Virus record (IMG/VR): IMGVR_UViG_3300032295_002982
Coordinates: 1-64,000 of that record
Reading direction: 5' to 3' (one strand)
DNA: 64,000 bases
Source of the DNA: a virus
Lineage: Duplodnaviria; Caudoviricetes
Shown here: positions 42,568-51,769 of the stretch, one piece after another
Numbering within the stretch: position 1 is the first letter of the stretch
Layout: every line of letters starts with the position of its first letter
Position numbers and translations under genes: made by a program
The notes under the pieces: generated by a model
Database searches by the model: none
What the model was told of the DNA's origin: nothing
What the model saw: only the letters and a program-made list of their open reading frames with translations

Positions 42568-43826
42568 TTCAATGCTGCCAATTCAGGCAAAATATCCAGT
42601 ATGCTTTCATTTCTTATGTTGTCCAGCTCATGTGTTTTTTTCCAAAACTGTGGAATCAACCCGCTGTTGTCAGTGGCGTGCATGAACGTCATGGCTGATT
42701 TGAAACCTTGTGTGGCTCTGCCTAAAGGGTCGCCTGCCTGATCAAGCCATTGCAAATGACTGTGATACACTGAGGCTAGCTGTGATTTATACTGCTCAGG
42801 GGCAATGTCTATGCGGTAGTGGGGCGGATCCTGTAGTATGTTGACATTGAGATCTTGCGCACGAATCAGTCCTTGCTGTACCCAGACACGATGAAACTGC
42901 GGCAGGTGCAAAGCGTTCATGATGCTGAGTGTGGGGCTGATGTAAAAATCAACCTCAGGACAAATGCGCAACATATCTCTGCGATTTTGTTCTACCTGGG
43001 TCCAGTTTGTGCCTTTGCGAATGTATTCGGCACGTGGTCCCATGGCATCTAGACTGGCGCCCACAGCCACTGATTGAAATTTTTTCCAATAATCAAACAC
43101 ACTGCGACCTTTTAGATCTATGTGTGTGAAGTTGGTGTTGTAGATCAATCGCACATCAAAGCGTCCGCGACGCTCTAACTCGTCTAGGATACGATAATGT
43201 TCTTCCATTAACAGGGGTTCGCCACCAGCAAAATAAATTTGCTCCACATAATCAAGATGTGGTTCCAGCTGCGACCACATGTCTGTTGCTGTGCGGCCAG
43301 CATAGTTTAACACAGTGTTCTTTTCTTTCCAGTCACCGCCGGCCAGCCGGGCCTGATCTTGATACCATTGCGAGCTAAAGATATGCCCGCAACTACGACA
43401 ACGTAGGTTACATAGGTTTGAAAAACGAATGTCCCAGTAGATCATTTCAAACGGATTTGCTTCCAGCTTCTTGACATGATGTCCGTGATGTTTGTTGGCA
43501 CTGCGACGACCACTGAAGAAGCCTGCTGCTTCCTGTTCGTAGCAACGACGGCAGGCGTCGCTTTTGACTTCATTCAACATGTTGTGTCTTAACTGCTGCA
43601 TGGGTTCATCACGCCAGATTTCTTCCAGTGTCTGACTGCGACAGTTGCCCACACTGTTGGCCATCTCTGAATGACAGCAGGGATAGGCTTCGCCAGTGGG
43701 ATAGGCATGCAAGTGGATCCAAGGATAGATGCAAAATGTCTTGGATTCTTTCAACAAGAATTCTTCACGAGCAGTGAGATCAACTGGCCGTACTAGATCT
43801 GCGCTGTTGTAGTTATAGTTGGCCAT
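42564..43826 (-). CDS. Radical SAM protein with N-terminal SPASM/twitch domain (3)
   Basis: CIYPW..PCC, CRRC, CNLRCRSC, GGEPL. Confidence 0.92.
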   Translation of the reverse strand: MANYNYNSADLVRPVDLTAREEFLLKESKTFCIYPWIHLHAYPTGEAYPCCHSEMANSVGNCRSQTLEEIWRDEPMQQLRHNMLNEVKSDACRRCYEQEAAGFFSGRRSANKHHGHHVKKLEANPFEMIYWDIRFSNLCNLRCRSCGHIFSSQWYQDQARLAGGDWKEKNTVLNYAGRTATDMWSQLEPHLDYVEQIYFAGGEPLLMEEHYRILDELERRGRFDVRLIYNTNFTHIDLKGRSVFDYWKKFQSVAVGASLDAMGPRAEYIRKGTNWTQVEQNRRDMLRICPEVDFYISPTLSIMNALHLPQFHRVWVQQGLIRAQDLNVNILQDPPHYRIDIAPEQYKSQLASVYHSHLQWLDQAGDPLGRATQGFKSAMTFMHATDNSGLIPQFWKKTHELDNIRNESILDILPELAALK

Positions 43827-45144
43827 ACCATTCTGCAAGGTTGGGGAAAGTGGCTGCAAAGTTCTTGCCGCGACGTTGATCATATTGCTGATAAAACTTG
43901 CGAAAATCCCCACGCAGTGTGGGCAAATCAAAAGCATCACTGTGCGGTGTTTTGACCACGTCAAGATAGTCTATGAGTCTCTGCACATGATTGCGTTCGT
44001 GTTCCTGCAACATGGCATGGTTGTGCCAGGTATCTAACCACTGTTGCAGTCGGTCACGATGCTGCATCCTGATGTGATCTGGTAACACCAAGGGCGATTG
44101 AAAACTAGGGAACCGTAATATGTTGAGTGTGAAGTTGGGAAAGTCCGCACCCCACTGAGACTTCAGTGTCAAGAGATAGGTCAAAAACTCAGGTAGACTT
44201 TCCAAACACAGTGCATTGATAGTGTTCATGACATGCAATCCACGCAAGCGACCACTGCGTATCAACAACATCATGTTGCTTTCCCACTGTTGCCAATCTA
44301 GACCATCACGAATGTATTCAGCCTGTGCAGTCATGCTTTCGTTGCTGGTATATAGATCAAGTTCAATGCCATCACAGGCATCAAGTAAACGTTGTATCTT
44401 GTCAGACTCCATGCTCAAGTTTGAGTTAATGGCCAAGCGTGTGCGACTGCGGCCAGGGTTGTCACGGAACCAATCAATCAATTGCCAGGTATAGCCTGAC
44501 ATCAGGGGTTCACCTCCGGTGATGCGTAGCTCGTCTAGAGTTTGGTGGAGGTCAGATTCCCACCACTGAAAAAACGCTTCCACATACGGATTGCTCTCAC
44601 CGTATTTGTAACGCTGACTACTGTCGTGAGTGTGAGTAAAATGATTGCGACCATCTGATTCCAGGCCCACATAGGCTCCGTGAACACGAATATCTCGAAC
44701 CCAAGTGCTACTAAAAGCAGGATTACAATAAGAGCAAGCCAGTTGGCAAGTGCGATCAAAGGATATCTCAAGTGTTTTAAGATTGAAGTCTTGGTCGGAA
44801 TCAGATGTGGAGGCATGTAGTAGGTCCTTGATAGGGTAAATTTTTGATTTGTACACACGGTCGCTGATGGCGTCGCGACCCATGTCTTCGATTCGCCAGC
44901 AGTATTCGCAACCGGCAGGTCGTTGACCCTGTTGCATCATGTGTCTGTCGCGTTTTTTTTCCGCGGTGTTGTGCAGTAGCCTAGGGTTGGCACGGACTTT
45001 ATCAGTGTCCACCAAATGGGCCGGAGGATGATGGCATGATGTAGTCATGCCGGAACCCAACCAAATGGTAGCATTGTACCATTTGGCTGCACAAAAACTT
45101 GGACTTATTGAGTCCAACTTGGTTTTGAATTCTTGATCAGTCAT
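43813..45144 (-). CDS. Radical SAM protein (4)
   Basis: CAAKW..SCHHP, CEYCW, CQLACSYC, TGGEPL. Confidence 0.92.
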   Translation of the reverse strand: MTDQEFKTKLDSISPSFCAAKWYNATIWLGSGMTTSCHHPPAHLVDTDKVRANPRLLHNTAEKKRDRHMMQQGQRPAGCEYCWRIEDMGRDAISDRVYKSKIYPIKDLLHASTSDSDQDFNLKTLEISFDRTCQLACSYCNPAFSSTWVRDIRVHGAYVGLESDGRNHFTHTHDSSQRYKYGESNPYVEAFFQWWESDLHQTLDELRITGGEPLMSGYTWQLIDWFRDNPGRSRTRLAINSNLSMESDKIQRLLDACDGIELDLYTSNESMTAQAEYIRDGLDWQQWESNMMLLIRSGRLRGLHVMNTINALCLESLPEFLTYLLTLKSQWGADFPNFTLNILRFPSFQSPLVLPDHIRMQHRDRLQQWLDTWHNHAMLQEHERNHVQRLIDYLDVVKTPHSDAFDLPTLRGDFRKFYQQYDQRRGKNFAATFPNLAEWYGQL

Positions 45145-46240
45145 TGAGCCATTCAGCCAACTGTGCAGGCATTGCTGCACGTTGAGCCTGATTGTATTCC
45201 TTTAGATGCTGGTAATTGTACTTACATACATCTAGTGAAGCCTGCAAGAAATCCAGAGCACCCGTACGCACAATGTCAGCTATCACTGCAATGGTACGAT
45301 TGATTCTATCTGTGGGATCGTCTATGAGATCAAAACTTTCATCTATGAGATGATCAAAAGTTCTAAATCCTGCACTGTGTAGATCACGATAATACCCACG
45401 ATTGCTGGCCACAACAAATGGATGCAGCATGATCATGGGCTTCCAAATTTTTTCTGTTCTAAAACTGCAGGGGTAATCGTATATGGTTTCTGTCACCACT
45501 GAGAAACAGGTATCAACATAGGCCTCGGGGTTTATGATGGCATCTCCCCAGGTGTTGTTGAACAAAAAATGTTTGGCGAAACTGTAGCCCTGAACCTTGT
45601 CAAGATTGGGCACCGCTCGTTCAATTTCATATTGGGCTGGTAACAATCTAACTTCTTCAGTGGGCGCAGTTTTTAACACACTGGTCCAGGCAAGATCCAC
45701 ATTGCTTTGCAGATTGGTCCACAGTGCGCGATCCAACAGCCCAAGATCACGCATGCTGTCAATCATGTATTTGCGATGTGGCCTAAGTCTGCCGTTGAGA
45801 AACAAGAAGTCATAAGGTTTAGCGGCTGTGCGTACTCTGTCACTGTGACTGTGTGCTGCTTGATTTTCCAAGAAATCAACAATGTTGGTGAAGTAACAGT
45901 CAACGCTGAGTTTGCGATACCCTGGTTCAAGATCACCTGATGTAATCAAACGTATAGCGCCCGATGCCACTAGTTCAGTGATGCGTAGTCGGCGAAGTTG
46001 CAACAATGCAGTCTGTGAACCTTCTGCGGGATTACAAAAAATAATCCTGCCTGGGTATTGTTGTGCGTAGTCACAGATCAAGTTATGGTTTTCTTTCAAC
46101 TGCACACGACCAATGATGTAGAAACTGTTTGGATCAAAATCTATATCGCGAAACTGCCAGAACGTTTGATCAGCATAGGGCTTCAAAAGATCAAACACTT
46201 CGTCCCACTCATCTACAACTATTCTATGTTTTTCTAGCAT
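45137..46240 (-). CDS. GT-B/GT10-like putative glycosyltransferase, paralog 4
   Basis: FSVVTET..RTEKIWKP...PFV..GFRTFD..DESFD. Confidence 0.6.
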   Translation of the reverse strand: MLEKHRIVVDEWDEVFDLLKPYADQTFWQFRDIDFDPNSFYIIGRVQLKENHNLICDYAQQYPGRIIFCNPAEGSQTALLQLRRLRITELVASGAIRLITSGDLEPGYRKLSVDCYFTNIVDFLENQAAHSHSDRVRTAAKPYDFLFLNGRLRPHRKYMIDSMRDLGLLDRALWTNLQSNVDLAWTSVLKTAPTEEVRLLPAQYEIERAVPNLDKVQGYSFAKHFLFNNTWGDAIINPEAYVDTCFSVVTETIYDYPCSFRTEKIWKPMIMLHPFVVASNRGYYRDLHSAGFRTFDHLIDESFDLIDDPTDRINRTIAVIADIVRTGALDFLQASLDVCKYNYQHLKEYNQAQRAAMPAQLAEWLND

Positions 46241-47636
46241 AATATTCGCACTCTTTCCACCACGCTTGCATTTCAGGAAACGTGGCTAAAAAATCTGTTC
46301 CTCGACGCCGATCATGTTCGGCAAAGAAACGATAAAAATCTGCTTTGTTTTGTTGCAGGTATTCTGCAGGTAATTTTTGCCCGTCACGCATCCAGGCAAT
46401 GTCGCGATCTAGTCGAGTGAGTTCGTAGTCTTTGAATCCTCGGAAAGGTTCTTCCGCAGTTTCAAGTTGCCGCAACATCCAGGCCCAAAGATGTTCCAAT
46501 TTATCAACATAACTTTCTGGCAACAGTTGTAGGCTTTGCCACGTGGGCTGTCGCAATACTGGAGTATCAAACCACACACGTTGATATGTTTCACTGTAGG
46601 TTTTTCGCAGTCCCAGTATGCCAGCAAACAGACTGTCAAGGCTGGTCACACTGAGGTTGTTCATTGTGACAATAAAGGTAATGCTGCTGCATTCAGGAAC
46701 CTCGGTCAAGAACTGATTGACTCGCTCCCACAGTAGATCAAAATCTAGACCGTGCCTGATGTATTCGGCTTTTGGCCCCCAGGCATCAAGACTAACATAC
46801 TGCATGAAATGTTCAATATGTCCTGGCTTACAAAGTTGTTTGACCTTGCTGATATATCTATCCCACAGTCCCTGCTCCACACTGAAGTTGCTGGTGACAT
46901 TGAGATGCAGTTCAGGATTGGGATTTTCCAAAACATAGTCAAACACACGATAGGTATTGCGATCCATGAGTGGTTCGCCACCAGTCATACGAAAATGTTT
47001 TAATTTTGGATACAAAGTTGGCCACCATGCCCAGAATGCTTCTACATATGGGTTATATTCGCGAACAGGTATAGGCTTGCGAGGACCGTTAAAATGACTC
47101 GGGTCATTATGAGGTTCATTAGTAGGGTAGGCGCCCCATCGACGGGCTTCGTCCTCCCACGACGAACTAAACTGTGGACTACAGTAACTACACTTAAGAT
47201 TACAAGCATGATTAAAATTAACTTCCACATAGGAAGGAATAACATCTTCGTCTCCAGTTGAATTTACTATGTTATCAAAATGTTCAGCTGCCCAGGGTTC
47301 TCCAGATCTAAAATGCCTATCGCTGAGTTTGTTGTTGTCCTCCATGGCCCAGCAATAACTGCACTCCGCAGGACGTTGTTGCTGTAACATCAACTGGCGC
47401 TGTTGTTTTTTGTGTTGAGTATTGTGTAGAGCGCTGGGATTGCGTTGAATATCCTCAACGTTGATTCTGTGCAAAGGCGGATGATAACAACTGTTGTTCA
47501 TGCCAGTGGCAAGATGCAGACTCACCTGCTGCCATTTGGCCAAGCACAGCGCCGGTCCAAGATTGTTTTGCATGTTTTCTGCTGAGTACAAAAACTTGCT
47601 TTTTACTCCCACAGTCTCATCGCCAGGATTTTGCAT
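46224..47636 (-). CDS. Radical SAM protein (5)
   Basis: CLAKW..SCYHP, CSYCW, CNLKCSYC, TGGEPL. Confidence 0.92.
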   Translation of the reverse strand: MQNPGDETVGVKSKFLYSAENMQNNLGPALCLAKWQQVSLHLATGMNNSCYHPPLHRINVEDIQRNPSALHNTQHKKQQRQLMLQQQRPAECSYCWAMEDNNKLSDRHFRSGEPWAAEHFDNIVNSTGDEDVIPSYVEVNFNHACNLKCSYCSPQFSSSWEDEARRWGAYPTNEPHNDPSHFNGPRKPIPVREYNPYVEAFWAWWPTLYPKLKHFRMTGGEPLMDRNTYRVFDYVLENPNPELHLNVTSNFSVEQGLWDRYISKVKQLCKPGHIEHFMQYVSLDAWGPKAEYIRHGLDFDLLWERVNQFLTEVPECSSITFIVTMNNLSVTSLDSLFAGILGLRKTYSETYQRVWFDTPVLRQPTWQSLQLLPESYVDKLEHLWAWMLRQLETAEEPFRGFKDYELTRLDRDIAWMRDGQKLPAEYLQQNKADFYRFFAEHDRRRGTDFLATFPEMQAWWKECEYYARKT

Positions 47637-48562
47637 TACCATCCTTCTTGCTGCCTGATCACATCAATCTCTCGTGTCATGATGCCGCGATTGTACCAGT
47701 TGCTGCGGTAATGCTGTTTGAAAAACTCACTGTGTTCAGCTTCAAACAAGCACATAGGCAAATCCAACTGTGTGGCCAAATCCACGCCCACACGATTGGC
47801 CAAGATTCTAGCATCACTAGTGGCCACTGTGAGCCAAAGTTCATGCAACACATCAAAGTCTCTAACCTGTACATGATCCCATGCCGTGAGCATGGTCATG
47901 TATGTGCCTTGTCTGGCTCCGGCTATGGCCCAGATACCGTTGTCAGCATCCATGCCCACATTGTGCCATATGGTGAGATGGTCAAGATTTCTTTGATGTA
48001 CCTGTTGTTTGAAGTCTTCAACAGTGGGTCGACGTCCACGGTTTAGACACATTTTTACACCTTCCCTAAAACCTGCTCGCCAGGCCTGCTCTGGTGTGGC
48101 ATTGGGATAGGTGGTTGAGTAACAGTCATGCATGGCCCAGTATCTAGGGTCAAAACAAAACTCCACGGCTGTGTCATCACTGCCGTCACTGGCTTCGTGA
48201 GTGCGCATGTTCATCACAAAGTCTTGTGTCCAGCAGCTGATGCCACCGTTGCCATACATCAATCCGTTGATGTGATTACGACTCCGCCAGCGAAATACGC
48301 AATCGCGGTTAGTGTCATCCAGAACGAGCTGTTGGTTAAAAAACTCAGCGTCAGGAATGTTATCACCATCAACAAGCACAAAGCGATCAGTGGTCGACGC
48401 CATCGCTGCCGCTTTGTGAGCGGCGTCAGACCCCGCAACACCATCCACTCGTCGTGCCCAGGGTACCATGTTCCGAATACGTGCCCAATTTTCCTCAGCA
48501 TTAGGTTCATCATAGGTCAAAAATATACAATCAAGGTCAGCTATATCAATCTGTTTGGTCAC
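47636..48562 (-). CDS. GT-A-like putative glycosyltransferase
   Basis: IFLTYDEP, VLVDGDN (DxD), GNGG, AWRAGFREGVKM. Confidence 0.7.
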   Translation of the reverse strand: MTKQIDIADLDCIFLTYDEPNAEENWARIRNMVPWARRVDGVAGSDAAHKAAAMASTTDRFVLVDGDNIPDAEFFNQQLVLDDTNRDCVFRWRSRNHINGLMYGNGGISCWTQDFVMNMRTHEASDGSDDTAVEFCFDPRYWAMHDCYSTTYPNATPEQAWRAGFREGVKMCLNRGRRPTVEDFKQQVHQRNLDHLTIWHNVGMDADNGIWAIAGARQGTYMTMLTAWDHVQVRDFDVLHELWLTVATSDARILANRVGVDLATQLDLPMCLFEAEHSEFFKQHYRSNWYNRGIMTREIDVIRQQEGW

Positions 48563-48881
48563 TGCGTAGACTCCATTGGGTATTGGGTTGATGCTGTGAA
48601 ACCACTATGGCAACATCACAAGGATGACAAGGTGTTCCTGTGCCTGGTTTCAATTTTGGCAAGCTAGGCAATGCCAGGGGAATGATCTTGCCATCGCGTA
48701 TGCGTATTCGCATGCTGCTGCGATGATAGGTTTCAGCATCAATTGTGATGTATGTACCTGGTAGATCTTCCATGCTGTAGCTTATTGGCTTTCCAGTTGT
48801 AGGATCATAGTACAATCTAAAAAACACCGGAGCCGGCTCCGCTGCGTCATGTAAGATTTTCCAAAACTCTTCTGGTGTCAT
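48546..48881 (-). CDS. Hypothetical protein
   Basis: MTPEEFWKIL..FFRLYYD; ATGA coupling to the upstream gene. Confidence 0.65.
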   Translation of the reverse strand: MTPEEFWKILHDAAEPAPVFFRLYYDPTTGKPISYSMEDLPGTYITIDAETYHRSSMRIRIRDGKIIPLALPSLPKLKPGTGTPCHPCDVAIVVSQHQPNTQWSLRSDQTD

Positions 48882-49636
48882 GGCTGCCAAGTCTTGATAT
48901 GATAATGAAATGCACCCCATTGCGCCACAGTTTGTATTCGCAAGGGATCAGTTTCCCACACCAATTCACGACTCCAGTCAGCCTGCGTGGTTCCGGCATG
49001 GTGCTGTTTCATATGAACAATGCGTGGGTACGTGACTGTTGTTGGCAGTGTGCATTTGTCAACACCGATGATTTGTGCAGCCATGGCATATACCAAATCA
49101 GTGCTGGGTGTTTCTTCTGCAAACTTGATCATCTGACGAAACTGTGACCAGTTGTGGAAAATTTGATTTACCAATCGGAAAAAATCTCGTGCAGTTTCAC
49201 TGCGCCGCCAGTAGGTGATGGCATTGTAAACGTCAGGCAAATGATTTTCACGAAAACAGCGACGATAAACAGCAACATCACTGACTTCGTCACGCCAGTT
49301 CCTACAGCCTGTGCTGACAACAACATCGCGATGACGGAACATGGTCCACCAGTGATCTATGGCACTAGCTATCAGCATGTCTGCTTCCAGCTTGACAGTT
49401 TCGCGATAGGGTGTAAGCCTAAACAGTTGCCCTTCGTTGGCATAGGGATTGTCACGATCTGGCACAATACGACGCACATGATCAAACACAGGATCTGCTG
49501 ATTCATGGTCTGTTACCAAACAGATTGACACATCTGGATGCCAGTGTCTAATGCTGTGCGCCAAACGTGTGGCACAGGCCACATAGTCAACTGTGTCTGT
49601 GTTTACTGCAACAATGAGATATCCTTGTTCAATCAT
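48878..49636 (-). CDS. GT-A (GT8-like) nucleotide-diphospho-sugar transferase
   Basis: LTPYRETVKLEADML, PSTDLVYAMA, HMK; paralog of 49629-50435. Confidence 0.65.
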   Translation of the reverse strand: MIEQGYLIVAVNTDTVDYVACATRLAHSIRHWHPDVSICLVTDHESADPVFDHVRRIVPDRDNPYANEGQLFRLTPYRETVKLEADMLIASAIDHWWTMFRHRDVVVSTGCRNWRDEVSDVAVYRRCFRENHLPDVYNAITYWRRSETARDFFRLVNQIFHNWSQFRQMIKFAEETPSTDLVYAMAAQIIGVDKCTLPTTVTYPRIVHMKQHHAGTTQADWSRELVWETDPLRIQTVAQWGAFHYHIKTWQP

Positions 49637-50435
49637 GAGCTGCGATTATGGCTTCTAGACTGGCTTTGCCCATGGCATGAAAATCCTGATTCACAATGGC
49701 ATGACGACGTTGGCGCTTGTCTGCAGTGGTATAACATATTTCGTAATGGTCTTGCGATTTCTGCACGAGCAGGTCACTGGTTAGCACTGTCACAAGGTTC
49801 CAAGGCACAGTGTCAAATCTGGGTGTGTGTCCGTTGGCTATACCCAAGGCAATTGACAGTGCAAAATCATTTCTGTAGGTGCGCTTGGTTATGCCATAAA
49901 GATCGCAGTAGTGTTGCCAGTTGTTGCGAATCATGTTCATGCATGCAAACACAGTTTGTGCATACTGACTCTTTCTAAACATCACCACTGTGGCCCAGGC
50001 CATGGGCATTTTATAATTGCCAAAAGTATTCAATCCTGTGAGTTCCTGTCCTCTGGCAGCATCCACTGCTGTACCATGACACAAAAAGTCTTGATTGCTG
50101 GCCAGCAATGTAGACAATTGATCACTGGCCACAACATAATCAGCGTCCAATAACAACGTCTGTTGCCACGGTGACAATTCATATACTTCGGGTCTGCCAG
50201 CATTGTGCCATGTCACGGTAGCGTTGTAATCTTCAAAGTATCTAGTGCCGCCTGATTCAGCAGATGCTGTAATCACACAATCCACTGCGCACAGTCTGGG
50301 ATCTTGTGGTTGATTGGTTATCACGGCTGTGGGAAGACCTAGATGTCTCTTGATATTGGCCGCACTCCAACAGGCCATGCCCACGTAGTCGGTGGCTTCG
50401 TTGTTGAAGGCAAGAATCACTGCACCCGTGGTCAT
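49629..50435 (-). CDS. GT-A (GT8-like) nucleotide-diphospho-sugar transferase
   Basis: LSPWQQTLLLDADY, WATVVMF.K, RNDFALSIA. Confidence 0.7.
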   Translation of the reverse strand: MTTGAVILAFNNEATDYVGMACWSAANIKRHLGLPTAVITNQPQDPRLCAVDCVITASAESGGTRYFEDYNATVTWHNAGRPEVYELSPWQQTLLLDADYVVASDQLSTLLASNQDFLCHGTAVDAARGQELTGLNTFGNYKMPMAWATVVMFRKSQYAQTVFACMNMIRNNWQHYCDLYGITKRTYRNDFALSIALGIANGHTPRFDTVPWNLVTVLTSDLLVQKSQDHYEICYTTADKRQRRHAIVNQDFHAMGKASLEAIIAAHD

Positions 50436-50737
50436 CGTTGACTGTTTGTCTGTTCAAACTCCACATGCCAGGCATTCATTTGTTCCTGGTAATGTTGCTG
50501 TGCTTGAATCAAAAACACCTGACGATCAATGCGGATTGGATTGTCATAGAGATCCGCAAGATAGATATCATCTGTTGGCCAAGTTTTTACAAATGCCAGG
50601 AGTTCAGGTGTGATTTGAAACAGTCCGCCCTGATGTGCTAGAATCAATCGGGCTTGGTATTTTTCTTTTAACACACGCCGGGCTGCTGCATGATCAAATC
50701 TTGCCCGTGAGTATTCATAGATATCATCTGTAGTCAT
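50432..50737 (-). CDS. Hypothetical protein
   Basis: GGLFQITPEL..DLYDNPI; first gene after the promoter. Confidence 0.7.
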   Translation of the reverse strand: MTTDDIYEYSRARFDHAAARRVLKEKYQARLILAHQGGLFQITPELLAFVKTWPTDDIYLADLYDNPIRIDRQVFLIQAQQHYQEQMNAWHVEFEQTNSQR

Positions 50738-50742
50738 GCTTT

Positions 50743-50771
50743 ATTATAAAGGTATTGCGCTCAAAAGTAAA
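50743..50771 (-). promoter_or_regulatory. sigma70-type promoter of the glycan operon
   Basis: Minus strand TTTACT-17-TATAAT. Confidence 0.55.
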
Positions 50772-50790
50772 GGGCCTTTTGGCCCTTTTT
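50763..50790. terminator. Terminator of the structural-gene block
   Basis: AAAGGGCC-TTTT-GGCCCTTTTT. Confidence 0.7.
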
Positions 50791-50791
50791 C

Positions 50792-51760
50792 TTAAACAAC
50801 TGAGCTTGTAATAGTTGGTGTGCCCCAACTTTGTACAAGAAGATTGGTTGATGAGGGGAAGAAGTATGACACCAAAGTACAAGGTGCGGTTCCAGGTGTG
50901 CCACTGCTGTCTGCCGTGCCTCCCGAAATTACATCACTGTCTGCATTTTGCCAAAGAGTAGTAATTATTAATTGGGTTGACGCTGCATTTCTACTCAAAC
51001 TCACCCTTATGAAATTGCCGGTGTAGGGAGCTGTGTCTGCATTTTGCTGATACACCGTGGTTGCTGCTCCGCCGGGAGTGAGATCGTAATATCCTGTGGT
51101 GCTTAGATTGGTAACCGGAACTCCTGTACCACCACTGCGTGTAGTGCCGGTATAGGCAACCCCTGCAATGGTCTGCGTGGCTGTTCCGCCGGTAAAGAAC
51201 AAATCACTCATGAGAGTGGTAGCTAGATCATTCCATTCAGCGTCGCCAAGGTTGCCAGTACTGCTTTTTGAGGTTTCTAATCTTATTCTACCTCCAGCAT
51301 TGAAGAAGTATCTTGCAGCGTCAGCTGACGCCCAGGTAATTGTGCTGGTAAAGGTGATGGTCCAGTTCGCGCCGCTGGTGGTTGTAGTCTTGGATTGTGC
51401 CCCAGTGTAGGTCACTACCTGTGCACCAGAAGCCACTGCATTGAGACGATTTGTGTTGATGTTGTTGATGTCTACCGCCACGTTGGCCAACACTGAAATC
51501 AATGTGTCCGCTACAGGTGCAGTTCTAGCAGTTATTGTTGTACCCGTGTGTGCACCAGCTGCAGACAAACTGTTGACCAGTGTGGACCATTGAGTGGCAG
51601 CAACTGCTGTGACGTTTTGAGTCACTGTGCTGATAGTGGCTTGTCCCCAACCAGAATCCCCTGTACCGGTGGCCCAAAAACCATTGATGTTGGGTGTGCC
51701 ATTCTGTACAAAGTTGTTGTAATCTGTGGCTTCAATTAATCCTTGGCTAGTGTATGACAT
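50792..51760 (-). CDS. Putative virion/tail-fibre-associated protein
   Basis: Thr/Gly/Ser-rich beta protein; A..ARYFFNAGG.IR motif. Confidence 0.6.
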   Translation of the reverse strand: MSYTSQGLIEATDYNNFVQNGTPNINGFWATGTGDSGWGQATISTVTQNVTAVAATQWSTLVNSLSAAGAHTGTTITARTAPVADTLISVLANVAVDINNINTNRLNAVASGAQVVTYTGAQSKTTTTSGANWTITFTSTITWASADAARYFFNAGGRIRLETSKSSTGNLGDAEWNDLATTLMSDLFFTGGTATQTIAGVAYTGTTRSGGTGVPVTNLSTTGYYDLTPGGAATTVYQQNADTAPYTGNFIRVSLSRNAASTQLIITTLWQNADSDVISGGTADSSGTPGTAPCTLVSYFFPSSTNLLVQSWGTPTITSSVV

Positions 51761-51769
51761 GAGCGATCC

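Noticed and set aside
37864-47636. Radical SAM genes as pqqE
   Set aside because: The domain order is reversed relative to PqqE, no PqqD/B/C is nearby, and the context is glycan-related.
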